Origin: a virus
Taxonomy: Duplodnaviria > Caudoviricetes
Strand: one strand, 5' to 3'
Virus record (IMG/VR): IMGVR_UViG_3300008961_000005
Location: 1-43,251 of that record
Length of the DNA stretch: 43,251 nucleotides
The notes beneath the pieces are model-generated. The model did no database searches and was not told the origin of the DNA. It was given only the letters and a program-made list of their open reading frames with translations. Below are positions 14,927-26,900 of the stretch, piece by piece; position 1 is the stretch's first letter; each line of letters opens with the position of its first letter. The position numbers were made by a program, and so were the translations under genes.

Positions 14927-17900
14927 TTATGGTGCTCCCTGGTAGCTGCCTCCTGGTGCACATCCAGTACCTGTACCTGCTGTTACAAATCCATTACCTA
15001 AACCGTTGTTTATGGCCGCGTTCAGTACAGCCTGTGGCTGATCAGAACAGAATACGTTACCACTAGTCTGGTACGATGCACCTGTAACATTGATACTAAT
15101 ATATGAACCGCCACATCCGTAGTTACCTTGTAATGATACAGGGTACATGTAATTAGTGTTACCTAGATAGTAAACACCACAGCCAGAACCTGTACCTGAG
15201 CCCGTTGTCGTTGTCGTCGTAGTTACACCACTACATGGCTGCGACGTGATTGGAGCTGAATGGTTCGCGGTACCGTCTCCATGGAGGAATCCAGGTTCAG
15301 TACTACTTACTATTTTAAACCAGACGCCGGCTGAGCCTGCATAATCAGGGTCTGCGGAAATTGCATTCCAAACTGTAGTAAACGTTGCCTTGCCTACGCT
15401 CGGTGCAGGGTATACTGCGGTTTTAGTATTACTAGTCAGTTGACACGTACTATATTGATTGTAATTACCATTAATAAATGTCACCGTATATGTTGCAGGA
15501 TACGAAGTGTCTAATACATCCACGCTAGTCTGTAAAGACCCTGTTGCGTTATTAGCTTCATCGTATGATAGTAAGCTAAATACAAGGGTTTCAGTACCTT
15601 CTAGTGAATTATCATTCTTTAATGTTATTGTATGACTACCTGTGTTACCATTCATAGTTACCCAATTACCCCAAGAAGAATTACTTGGTGAATCACCAGA
15701 ACCTGCGCCCGAAGACCAGCCTGATGTTACATCCGATTGAGTTACTTGTCCAAGGTTCATATTCACCCATACACGTGTTCCGTTAGGTATGTTATCACTA
15801 GTTACACTTACTGTAACTTGTTGTCCTTCATTTACAGTTCCACTAGGGTTTGCTGATATAGCAGTATAAACAGGCGCTGAGCTTACTGCTCCACCGGTTA
15901 TTGTTACCGCAACAGCATTGTTTGAAGTATTTGTAGTATGAGTTACATTAATTTTAATAGAACCGTTAGATGTAATAGAATCTACTGATGCACTACCCTG
16001 TGACACAGAAACATTTACCTGGCTAGTACTTGTAAACTGATAACCTGATGTCGGCTTCATGTAAAAAGTTCTAGATACGTTAGTACCCGCAGTTGCTATT
16101 CTAGTATCAGTATTATCTACTGCTGAGCCTGGGCTATCAGTAACGTGCACCGTTGCACTACTTACCGACTCACTAGCAGTCCAAGTAGTAGTATATGTTG
16201 GTGTTGCCGTCGTCGTTGACGTTGTTGTTGCAGGCGTTGTTACAGGATTTGTTAAAGTAAATGTGTGAGTGTCCTGACATCCATGTGACATATCTTCTAT
16301 AGTTGCAGTATATGTTCCAGCACTTAACGCAGTTGGATTCGCAGGTACGCCTTCATTCGTAAATATTGTAAGCTGATAGTTAGCTGATCCACCAGTTGCA
16401 GACATAGAGAATGTACCATTACTACCACCATACGTGGTTGGATTTGTCTCAGTCATGTTAGTTTTCGTAAAGTTTGCACAATAAGTACAACTTCCATCAT
16501 CACTTGTAGCATTCGGATCATAATTATCCGCTTGTGAATCTGTACAACCTGCCCCGTAAGATGGGTTTGCTGATTGTGTAATTGAAATCACATCAGTTAC
16601 GCTATTATCTTCCGGGTGTTTAATCGTGATAGTTCCAGTTCTAAGACCTGCCGCATTAGTCGCTACCGTAAATGTAAGCTCTGTATCAAGTGTATCATCA
16701 TCAAATGTTGACGTAACAGTTACCCATGAAGGTACTATAACATCACTAGTATTAATAATTGTCAAGCCAGGTATTGGTCCTGTTTGATAAGCCACCGTTC
16801 CGGAACCTCCTGTATATGAAACTGGCGTATTAGGCCAACTTGCAAAAGTAATAGTTCTATTAGCTAATGTCGTTGTTGCATAAACACATGAACCATCATC
16901 TTCATCTGCACCTGCATAATAATTTAATGCTGTAGGATCAGTACAACCATAAATAGTAGCTATACATGAACCATCATCTACAGTGGCATTTGGATCGTAA
17001 TTTTGTGCTGTTGGGTCCGTACATCCCTGAACTCCTCCATTCCATAAAGCACCTTCGTCATCAACTTCTAAATTTCCACCTGGGATTATCTCAACAGTGT
17101 TACCTGCACTGTACCCATATTGATTTACTATTAGATCATCGCTAGGTGTAATGTCAATAGTTACTGGATCTCCGCCGCCTTGTCCACAAGGAGACATACA
17201 GAAAGTTTTCCATTGAACATTGCCATTTGAATCTTTAACAGCACCCCAAAATGTATCTCCAAAGTATCTAAGTTCTCCACCCTTTAAATATTGTTCAACG
17301 ACGCTGGTAGCAGGTAATCTAAATATGTTATCAGCACTATCACTGAAACTAACAGAAGAGTTAAAAGTAAACTTATCTAAATTTACAAAATATTCAACTG
17401 CTTCACTAGAGACAACTCCTAGTCCTTTGCTTAATTCAAACCTAGTCCAATCAGTATCACCATCTGTTTGTTCAGATGAACTAAATACAATATGAATATC
17501 ATTAGTTGAATTACCTCTTTTACCATGCCAATACGTCAAGTATTCAGGTGAATTAATCATTCCGGAAGTTGCCCATTTACCAAGGGTTAAAGTAGACTTT
17601 AAATTTATACGACCATCAAGTCCATTGACTTCATCAAATTCATCATCTCCTAAGAATATCACCGGAGGATAATTATCGTTAGATATTTTAGGTTTAAGTA
17701 TTACATATTCATTAACGTTACCACCGTTAGCATTAATAGGAATTACCTTCCATCTAGATGTAGTTGCTCCAGTTTCACCTTGAGGTCCTATGTCACCTTT
17801 TTGTCCCTTTTGTCCAGTCTGTCCAACTGATCCTTGTACGCCTTCGGCGCCTTTTTGTCCAGTTGGTCCACCACCATTTGCTAGAATTTGATCAAAGTTA

Positions 17901-17971
17901 TAGTTGACCTTTTCCCACTTAATCTGGTTAGAGTCACTAGGGTGTAGTATTTCTTGAATATTGATGGCCAT
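14927..17971 (-). CDS. Tail fibre/adhesin with collagen-like repeat, GCTD..NY..DDGSC repeats and BACON-, SprB- and Calx-beta-like modules
   Basis: 1014 aa; N-terminal fibre-attachment-like motif (SDSNQIKWEKVNYNF); 12 GXY triplets; 3 Cys repeats; Thr-rich linkers. Confidence 0.75.
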   Translation of the reverse strand: MAINIQEILHPSDSNQIKWEKVNYNFDQILANGGGPTGQKGAEGVQGSVGQTGQKGQKGDIGPQGETGATTSRWKVIPINANGGNVNEYVILKPKISNDNYPPVIFLGDDEFDEVNGLDGRINLKSTLTLGKWATSGMINSPEYLTYWHGKRGNSTNDIHIVFSSSEQTDGDTDWTRFELSKGLGVVSSEAVEYFVNLDKFTFNSSVSFSDSADNIFRLPATSVVEQYLKGGELRYFGDTFWGAVKDSNGNVQWKTFCMSPCGQGGGDPVTIDITPSDDLIVNQYGYSAGNTVEIIPGGNLEVDDEGALWNGGVQGCTDPTAQNYDPNATVDDGSCIATIYGCTDPTALNYYAGADEDDGSCVYATTTLANRTITFASWPNTPVSYTGGSGTVAYQTGPIPGLTIINTSDVIVPSWVTVTSTFDDDTLDTELTFTVATNAAGLRTGTITIKHPEDNSVTDVISITQSANPSYGAGCTDSQADNYDPNATSDDGSCTYCANFTKTNMTETNPTTYGGSNGTFSMSATGGSANYQLTIFTNEGVPANPTALSAGTYTATIEDMSHGCQDTHTFTLTNPVTTPATTTSTTTATPTYTTTWTASESVSSATVHVTDSPGSAVDNTDTRIATAGTNVSRTFYMKPTSGYQFTSTSQVNVSVSQGSASVDSITSNGSIKINVTHTTNTSNNAVAVTITGGAVSSAPVYTAISANPSGTVNEGQQVTVSVTSDNIPNGTRVWVNMNLGQVTQSDVTSGWSSGAGSGDSPSNSSWGNWVTMNGNTGSHTITLKNDNSLEGTETLVFSLLSYDEANNATGSLQTSVDVLDTSYPATYTVTFINGNYNQYSTCQLTSNTKTAVYPAPSVGKATFTTVWNAISADPDYAGSAGVWFKIVSSTEPGFLHGDGTANHSAPITSQPCSGVTTTTTTTGSGTGSGCGVYYLGNTNYMYPVSLQGNYGCGGSYISINVTGASYQTSGNVFCSDQPQAVLNAAINNGLGNGFVTAGTGTGCAPGGSYQGAP
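16487..17026 (-). repeat. Three coding repeats GCTDxxAxNYxxxAxxDDGSC
   Basis: 63-nt copies at 16964-17026, 16886-16948 and 16487-16549. Confidence 0.85.
17762..17869 (-). repeat. Collagen-like (Gly-X-Y)12 coding repeat
   Basis: GPTGQKGAEGVQGSVGQTGQKGQKGDIGPQGETGAT. Confidence 0.85.
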
Positions 17972-17974
17972 GCC

Positions 17975-20900
17975 TTACGACGTTATTTTTACCATAGGTC
18001 TAATTCTATAAGAATAACCTAATCTTTTATTATATATCAACCTAAAATTAAGGGGCTTTTGTTCATGCGATGAAAAAGCAAAGTTTTGATCTGAATTATA
18101 GTTATTATCATCCAGATTACTAATAGCATCTACAATCTCTAACGTAGAATCACCACCTTTAAATCTTTGAGTATAAAGTTTAATCTGATCTATATTAAAC
18201 ACATTTATTAAATTTTTTCTAATATAAAGCTGTGCATCATCAGTTAATGTTGTCTTATCTGCTGCTGAGTTTACAGCTAATACATATTTTTTAATAGTAT
18301 TTAAAACACCATCACCGCTTAATTTTTTATTAATTGTAAAGTCTATATAAAAGTCCATTACAACTCTTTTTTTATCTTCAAATAACACAACATCAGTCTT
18401 ATTTGTAGAATTAGCTAAAATATCATCTAGCTCTTCTTCTGTTTTAACTCTATCAACTTCAAAGTCTAACATAGTGTAACTATCTTTTATCTTCATAATA
18501 GTAGAAGCTAAATATGATCTTTCCTCTTTAGTTTCAAACGTACCAGGTACGCTCTCGTTAATACCACCTGATAAAGATCTAGTATAATAGTTTTTATCCC
18601 AAGAAGATTTAAATACGTTTACATCTTTCTTATCAATAGCGATTTCTCCTATTAACGGGTATAATGGCGGCTTATCAGAAGATACTGATAGCTTAATAAC
18701 ACCACTAGATTTAAATTCATTTACTTTTCTATAGAAATGATTTTTAATGTAACCCCATTCAGTGTCATGTGCTCCACCGTCAAATATAAACCCTAAGTTA
18801 AATGCAACACCACATCTATTATATCTTCTATAATAGTCTTTAGCTAATTGAATTTCTTTTGTACTAGTTAAAGAGTGTTTATACATTTGTTCTTCTAATT
18901 GCAATTCAACAATATCAGAAGTGTTTTGAAGAGTATTTGTTTTCATGTGAGTATACACATCAGTAAAAGTTACGACTGGAGTTGTATCAATAGTATAACC
19001 TCCATTGTGTCTAATTAAGAATGGGTAATAAACTCTAGTAAGTCCTAAATTATATCCAATATTACCGGAGGACAGTTTAAAAGATTCTGGTTTTTCATCA
19101 TCTACTTCTGTGTCTAATTCCGCCTTTTTAATAAATTCAACACCATCTTCTAGTAAGATAATAAATTTACTTAAACCGATACTACCATCTAATTCTATAG
19201 TAGAATATTTAATATTATCAGGATTTCTTAATAACATGTCTGCCATATCTTGAGCCCCTAAAGATTCTAAAATATATTTATATGCATTAACACCACCACC
19301 TTTATAGGTATACTTCGCGAAATATTGTACATATCCAGGTAAAAAACTTAGATCAGTTTCAACATTCCCGTTTGTAAGATCTCTTGGTTTACCGCTAAGA
19401 GTAATTTGTGTTTGACTTTCTACATTAGAAATATCAAGCTCTAATTTCATAGGTCCGGACGGAGTCTCAAACTCTACAATCAGAGATCCAAACTCATCAT
19501 CATCATTTTTATTAATTTGTTCTAAAAACTGTGGAAGTTTACCATCTGCATGTACTAATCCATTTACTACTAAATAATCATCACCATCCGGATTAGAAAA
19601 ATTAGCACCTGTTAAATCTAAATGCCCATCAACTTTTATATCAGAATACTTAAATGTACCCTCTTCATTATTCCATACTAATGAGTGGTTTAGCTCATAC
19701 AATAACTTTCTAGTTAAAGTTTGATCTGCCCATAAGTCATCTATATTTAAAGAGATAAAGAATACGACATATTTAAATTTCTTATTCTGTATAACTTCAT
19801 ACTCGATCCCGTTAGAATCCTGAGATGTTTTTACGTTTAGTACAGTACTAAACCTATATCCATTAAATTCAGAAGATTTAACAAAATCCACTGGACTTGC
19901 AGCATTAAACTCTTTTCTGTTTTTAAATATTACTTTTAAACCTTTAAATATTGTATCAGCAAATGCAGTATCATTACCGCCGTTTACTAACGTGTATTTC
20001 TTTTGTCTATTAGTTTTTACAAATGTTTTATATTTGTTATCTCCTGTAGTTTCAAATCCCTCGGTAACAAAGAACCTATCAAAATAATCATAGTTAACAT
20101 CCTTAAACATTGATGGAGACATTTCAACACCTTCCATAAAGTTAAGATAACTAAACGATTCGTTTAATCTATATTGTGGATTAGTAGGATCGCCTTGGTT
20201 TTCTTTTAAATACTTTGGCAAGTTGTTAATATAGAACCACTCATGTGTCATACCCACTCTATTTCTTCCACGAACAGAAAGATCAGCCGAGAAGTTAGAT
20301 CTACCAAATGCCTCATTAGCATTTAAATAATATGGCTGTTCTCTAACTGTTAAAGTATCTTTTAAAACCCACTTGTTAATTGAAGGAACAACTCTAGATT
20401 GAATTGCATACTCTTTTAAATAGTTTTCTTGTAATCTATCATATTCACTTAATACCTGTGTTTCATTAGCATCATCAGTTCTCTCTTCTTCTAATACATC
20501 ACTTAATCCAGTAAAATAACTTACTGGTGATTTTAAATAATCTGAACTACCTCTATCTCCAAATGGATATATGTCACTTTGGTTATCTATTTCAGGCTCA
20601 TAATTAATATTATTAGCTACTTCCCACTGTAATTCTTTTAAATCCGAATTAGCAGTATCATAGAAATCAAAGTTCATATCATGTATATCAAACGCTGAGA
20701 ATAAACCTAGCCTTACTAAGTTATCTGCAAATACATTTACTTCTCCGTCTTCTAATGTGTTAGTTTTTTCTAAAATAAGTTTTTTATACTGTAACGGTAA
20801 TCTTTCAATATCGTCTACAATATCAATTACTTTGTTGTAAACGCCATTAGAGCTAGTTTCTAAATAATCGTTAACATTAATATCTGCGACAGAATCTAAA

Positions 20901-23900
20901 CTTGCTAACACTGATTTGCCTCCGGAGTTTCCACCATTAAAGAAATAAATCTTACTAAATCTAAAAGTATTAGAAGTACTGCCGGTAAGCTGTAATCTAA
21001 GTCTATTATTTTCAGTATAATCAATTTCGTTAGCACTATCAATAGTTACCCAATCGTTAGCATTATTATTAGGGACTGCAATTCCTGACTGCATTAACCT
21101 ATAACCTACTATATCATTTTTTATATAAAGATGATCTGCTCCGTCGTATGTTAATGCTGTAAACCCATTATCCTTTGAGTTAATAGATTTTACTAAAGCT
21201 TGTGCTATTTCAGCATTAGTCCCCTGTGTTGAAAACGCAGTAGTATTAAAATGACCAGCAGATAATGCGTCAGATCCGAAGTACATATTGTTCTCTAAAT
21301 CATAAGGCACTTGTGTGTATTCAACTCTAGCGATTGATATATTGCTAAATCCGTCAGCTGGGAGTATTGCAGGATTAAGTGGGTTAAGTGTAACTTTTTT
21401 CTCATAAATTAAGAAATCATTACCATCTGCTTTAAGGATTAAATTATCATCAAACGTATTGTTATTTGCTGCAATAAAATCAGAGATAGTTTGCTCCATA
21501 GTATCTTTTAATACCAGTGTAAAATTATATAATATATTATTCCATGTATTATCGCTTTGGTCAAATACATTAAGAGTAAGTGATAGATTATAGGTATCTC
21601 CTGGATTGTATCTTACAAACTTAACTCTGTAATCCTGTTCTTTAGAAGGGAATATAGATATTCTATCATTATTAGCAGGAGCTCCGTTAATAGTAAGTTT
21701 AATAAAATCACTTCCAGCTTGAGCATTATTAATTATATCAATAGATGTCCCAACCTCTGCTAGCTTAATTTCATTAGGAATTAAATTAGCAGAATCTTCA
21801 ACCTTTAATTCTGAATTTGACGTATCATAATATGATTCTGTCGAAATCTTATAGAACTTATCAGAAATATGCGCGTAACCCAATGTAGGAGTAGACGACA
21901 TTAATTTCACCGGTGGTATTGCTGATTCCGGGTCTTCGTTAATATGTGAGTTTAATGTTTTAAATTTAAGTAGCCCATTTGTTGAAGATTCTAAAGAACC
22001 ATAACCTGAATCTACGTCATTTACATATAACCCAAAATATCTATTTACTGCATAATCAGATGCTGCATCGTCATCAAATAGGAATTCTAAGTTGATTAGA
22101 TTTGCACATGCTAATTTATTTCTTTCAAAACCTGCAGTTATTAATTCATTTTCAGAAATAACAGTCTGGTCTTGTTTTACAAAATCATCAAATAGATATT
22201 CACCTTTATTTGTAAATCCACCTCTTACTAAGTCAATACCATTAAAGTTTGTTCTTTCGTTCTCCGAGAAGTTTACGCTAATAGGATTTTTAGGAAATAA
22301 TTCAGATTGTACATGGTTTCTAAGATATGTACCTATATTAGAATCCCTAGTTAAATCAAATGTTTTGATTAATTCACTGTTCTTTAAAATTTCATTAATA
22401 TTACTAAAGTTACTTTGTGTGTCAAAGTCCAGCACAGCTGCCGGATCACTAACTCTAAATATTACAAAATTAGAAGGAATATTTTTATCTAGCCAAATAG
22501 GAGCTAACATTCTAAAGTCTTCATCGTGAAGTTTAGAATAGTTGTAAGTTGTACCGTAATGGTAATCTTCTTCAATTTGTTTTTCAAAAGATTCTTGTAC
22601 TGTAAAGTCCGAAAATCTAGATTTACTAAAATAGACTATATCAGACGGAGTCTTATTGTTATTAAAGAATTTTGATAAATCATAAGACCATTTACCTAAT
22701 TTATTAACAGGCCATTTCTTGTATTCAACCGAAGCTAACTCTTTAGTTGCGTCAATAGATTCGATAAACATGTTATCATTACTATTAACCACTAACTTAG
22801 CATTTGTAGATAATTTAGGATTTGTTCTTAATAAAGGTTTTGATAAGTTATCTAATTCATAGTTCTTTTCTAAATCAAAATTAGGAAGAGATCGATTAAT
22901 TACATCAGAATCATTAATAGGATCCATAGTAAATATAGACGCATTATCAACATCGAGTATGCAATCAACACACGTTTCTCTATATTCAATTTCAGCACCA
23001 CTAGCAAAACCCAGTTCAACTGGATTAATTTCCACCACTCTAATGTCACCGCCATATTCTGGTAAATCTAATAAAATTGTAGTAGCATCGTTATGATTAA
23101 CTGCAAATATTTTATGTTGTAGTGTTACACATTCTAACATAGTATCACCACCTAAACTTAAGTGCAGCCCTGCTTGTTTACTAGGCTCTATTACGTCTAT
23201 TAATTTTTTAATATATGATGTAGAATTAGTAGCGAACGTATGTAATCCATCTACTAGATATAGATTCCAGTATGGATCACCACCCTCGACCTTAGACGCG
23301 CAAGAGTAAAAAGCATAAAACACATTAGTTCTAGATGTGTCTAGATCAGAAGTCGTGCAATCATTATTAGAAAGGCCTAAACAGAAATTAGAATTAACGT
23401 CTGGTTTAACAAAATTAAATCCGCAATTGCCTAATTCTGTGCCAGTTGTTGAGTACTCTAAATTATATGTGATTGTGTTAGAACCTACCCAAGAATATGT
23501 AAAATTATTAGCCGGGATACCATCAATGTATCCGCTATCGTTTTCATTATCCCATATAGCAAATTCTTTTAGATCTCCAGGCACATAGCTTGACGGATCT
23601 TCTTCTAATTCAATATCTTCATGCAGAGCAACAAACACGGTAGTTTCCCATAAACCATTATAGTTAACATCTTCAGCATCTGCTTCAGTCTTATATACTA
23701 AGACTTGATTTTTCATCACGTATTTTAACGCTTCACGGTGCGTAGTATAATGTGGCGCTTCACTCCCCATTATTGCAGCATCTAATCTAACATATAACTC
23801 CGCGTTAGTTAAATCGCTCTCTTCCGATAAACATATAGCATCAACAGATGATCTATTAGTCTCATTGTAAAATGCATTAAATTTATATGTGGAGTATTCA

Positions 23901-26900
23901 ATCTCTACAGGACAATTAAATTCGTATACTGTCTCGGTGTCGTTTACGCTAGAAGGATTCCATACACCTTGGCCTTCTGCGTTTGTAGTAAATTCATAAT
24001 AAATTATCTGACCATCATCCGCAACTCTATTATCATCATTATAGAACCCAGGGGCTACACATAATGACGCTGGAGCTAATCCGCCTGCATTATTTAAATA
24101 TTCACCCTGATTAGCATAATATTGACTAGTAAATAATTGTCCACCTGCATTTATTACAGATTGTAAAGATGCATCCGCTACATCTGGATCAATTACATTT
24201 TGATAAACAGTAGCCTGAGTTACTGTATAATCTAGTGCTCCTGGTTGACATAAGTCACCTGATTTAGTAGAGTAATTAATATCAATAGGCCATGCTCTAT
24301 CAAGAGTTTGTTCACAATCAAAAATTTGTTCTATTGCACCATCTGCTGCTAACTTAACAGCCTTTACAGTAACAACACCTCCAATATCTTGTTGAATAGA
24401 AAACCATGGATTCGTCGACGCGTCTACAGGTTTAAGTTTATCACTTTCTTGTAGAGTATTTTCTGTGTAAATAAATTCGGCTGCATCTAAAGCATCTAAA
24501 CTAGTTGATAATGCAGCATCTAAATATACATTTAAAGTTTTAGCTTCATCACATGCAGTAGCCGATGTATTTTTCCCGTTTGTAGATACTTTACATCCAC
24601 TAATGTATGATACACCGGTTAAATTTAATTCTATATTATATGAGTCTTCTCCATTGTAAGGATCTGATACTGTAACAATGTAATTTATATTGTAAGTAGT
24701 ATTTGGCAGCATGTTCCAATCGCCCGAGGAATATACCCAGGCACCATTATTAGGATTAATACTGAAAACACCCTTTTCTGTAGCAACAGTATTATTAGGG
24801 TTTGTCGCATCCCATGCTGCTGACCATGTAAGTGTGTTATTATCCCCATCAGTGGCTGCAACACTAATATTACCTAATGTTATTCCTTCATATTGAAACC
24901 CATTTAAAGTAACGCTATTTTGCCCTGTGTTGTTATTAATAGATATTACCGGAGGTGTATTAGCAGCCGAGGTCATTGTTACCGTTATTTTAGACGCTAG
25001 CGAAACCAGGCCTTGAGTATCAGTAGCAGTAAACCAAAAATCATCATCTACTGGATTATCATTCGGGGTTAGCGTCGGACCGGTATATGTGTATTGTAAT
25101 ACACCACCTGCTTCAACAAAAGTACCATGAGCACCTTGTCTAGTACTACCAACAAATGTTACAGGATTACCACCTCCATTTCCATCTACCCACTTATAGG
25201 TCAATAATCCAGATGCATCTTCATCAGTAGCCAACACACCGGTCCCATACGCAAAATTAGAAGTATTTCCGTTTTGTGCATTTGTGATACTTATCGTCTT
25301 ATTAGCCGACAATGGCGCTGTATTTGCAGGAGGCTGTACCGTTAACGTTACTGTATAAGCTGAAGATTCTAAACCTTCAGAATCCTTTACTTTATATTTA
25401 AAGTTAATTGCTGCTGATTGAAATTCACCTAATTCAGCATACGGTGTTAATTTTATAGTTCTAGCGGTCGTGCCTGCTAGGGTATAAGGTAATGAGCTCG
25501 ACGTTATATCGGTCGAACCATCTGAATTATCTTTTAATGTTGCACTGGAACTAGCTATAGTTAACCCAGTAATATCAGTTATTATTACATCAGGTAACGA
25601 GCCGTCTTCAGGGTCGTTAATTGCAGTTCCATTCCAAGTACTAGCAGCTGGATCTGTAAAATCTAAATCTATATCTGCTACAGTAGATGACCATGTAATT
25701 TGTTTAGTAAAATCACTTCCAGTTGGTGGTTGATTACCAGCTGATTGCGTAATTGTAAACGTTGTTGTTTTTATTGAATTATCTTCTGGGTGTGCTAATT
25801 GAACAGTTACACTCCTAGGCTGTGCTCCTGTGTATGCGTTCGCTGAAAACTGTAAATTACCACCACTAGTAGTAAAGTTATCTAACGAAACATTAAGCCA
25901 AGAGTTACTACCCGCTGTATATTGAATATGAGTTCCTGTGCTAAACCCAGTTGCATTACCCTCAATGGTAACTATTTTAGTTTGAATAGGAGTACCAGTT
26001 GAATCAAATGTAAGATTACTAGTATTATTAAGACTAATTGTTTTTGTTACCGTACCTGTCGTGGCATCGGCCGAACATACTAATATCTGCCCTGAATTAC
26101 TATATCCTGTGGCAGGCACCTGAATATTAACAGTATATGAATTAGTTCCAGGGTTTGATGAAAATACCGCCGGACTTATAGATGATATTGTTATCCCTGC
26201 AGCAACAGTTGTATTAGCAGCTACATTATCGCCTGGAAGGCCGGGAGAAATATTAATAGCTGCGGCAGTACAGTCAAATGCTGCTAATGTGGTTGTCGCG
26301 ACAGTCACATCATTTGCGTCAATTTGACATTGAATAGCTGCGCCGCCATTATTTGAATATCCAGCAGGAACTTCGATTCCTGTAATAGTATAAGCACTAC
26401 CTGGAATTAAAGTGCTTGGAGTTACTACCCAAGTATTATCAGCAGGAGCTACTGCCCATTGAACCACTACAGGATCTCCGTGTGTTCCAGAATTAATCGT
26501 CGGTCCAGCTACATCACAATCATATAGTGGGTCATTCTGTACTACAGTTACATTAGTTTGAACACATGCTTTATTACCATCTAGGTCTTGACCGCTCCAA
26601 CCGCTTGGTAGTGAAAATTTAACACGATACGTGTTTTCACCATAAACGAAGCCCGTGGATGTTGTTGCGTCTTGTACAACCTGGCCCGTAGCATCACTTC
26701 CTAATCTAACTTCAATCAGTGATGGCTCATTAGTATTCTTAACGTTAGTACCGTATGTAATTGCAATTACATCTCCTTCGGTATTCTCTCCCGATCCACT
26801 TGGATCTTCACCAATATATCCAAAATCTAATGGATCACTACAATCCCATGCCGGCATTGACTGGACACTAAGTATGCCACCATCAGCAGCAACTTGCCAT

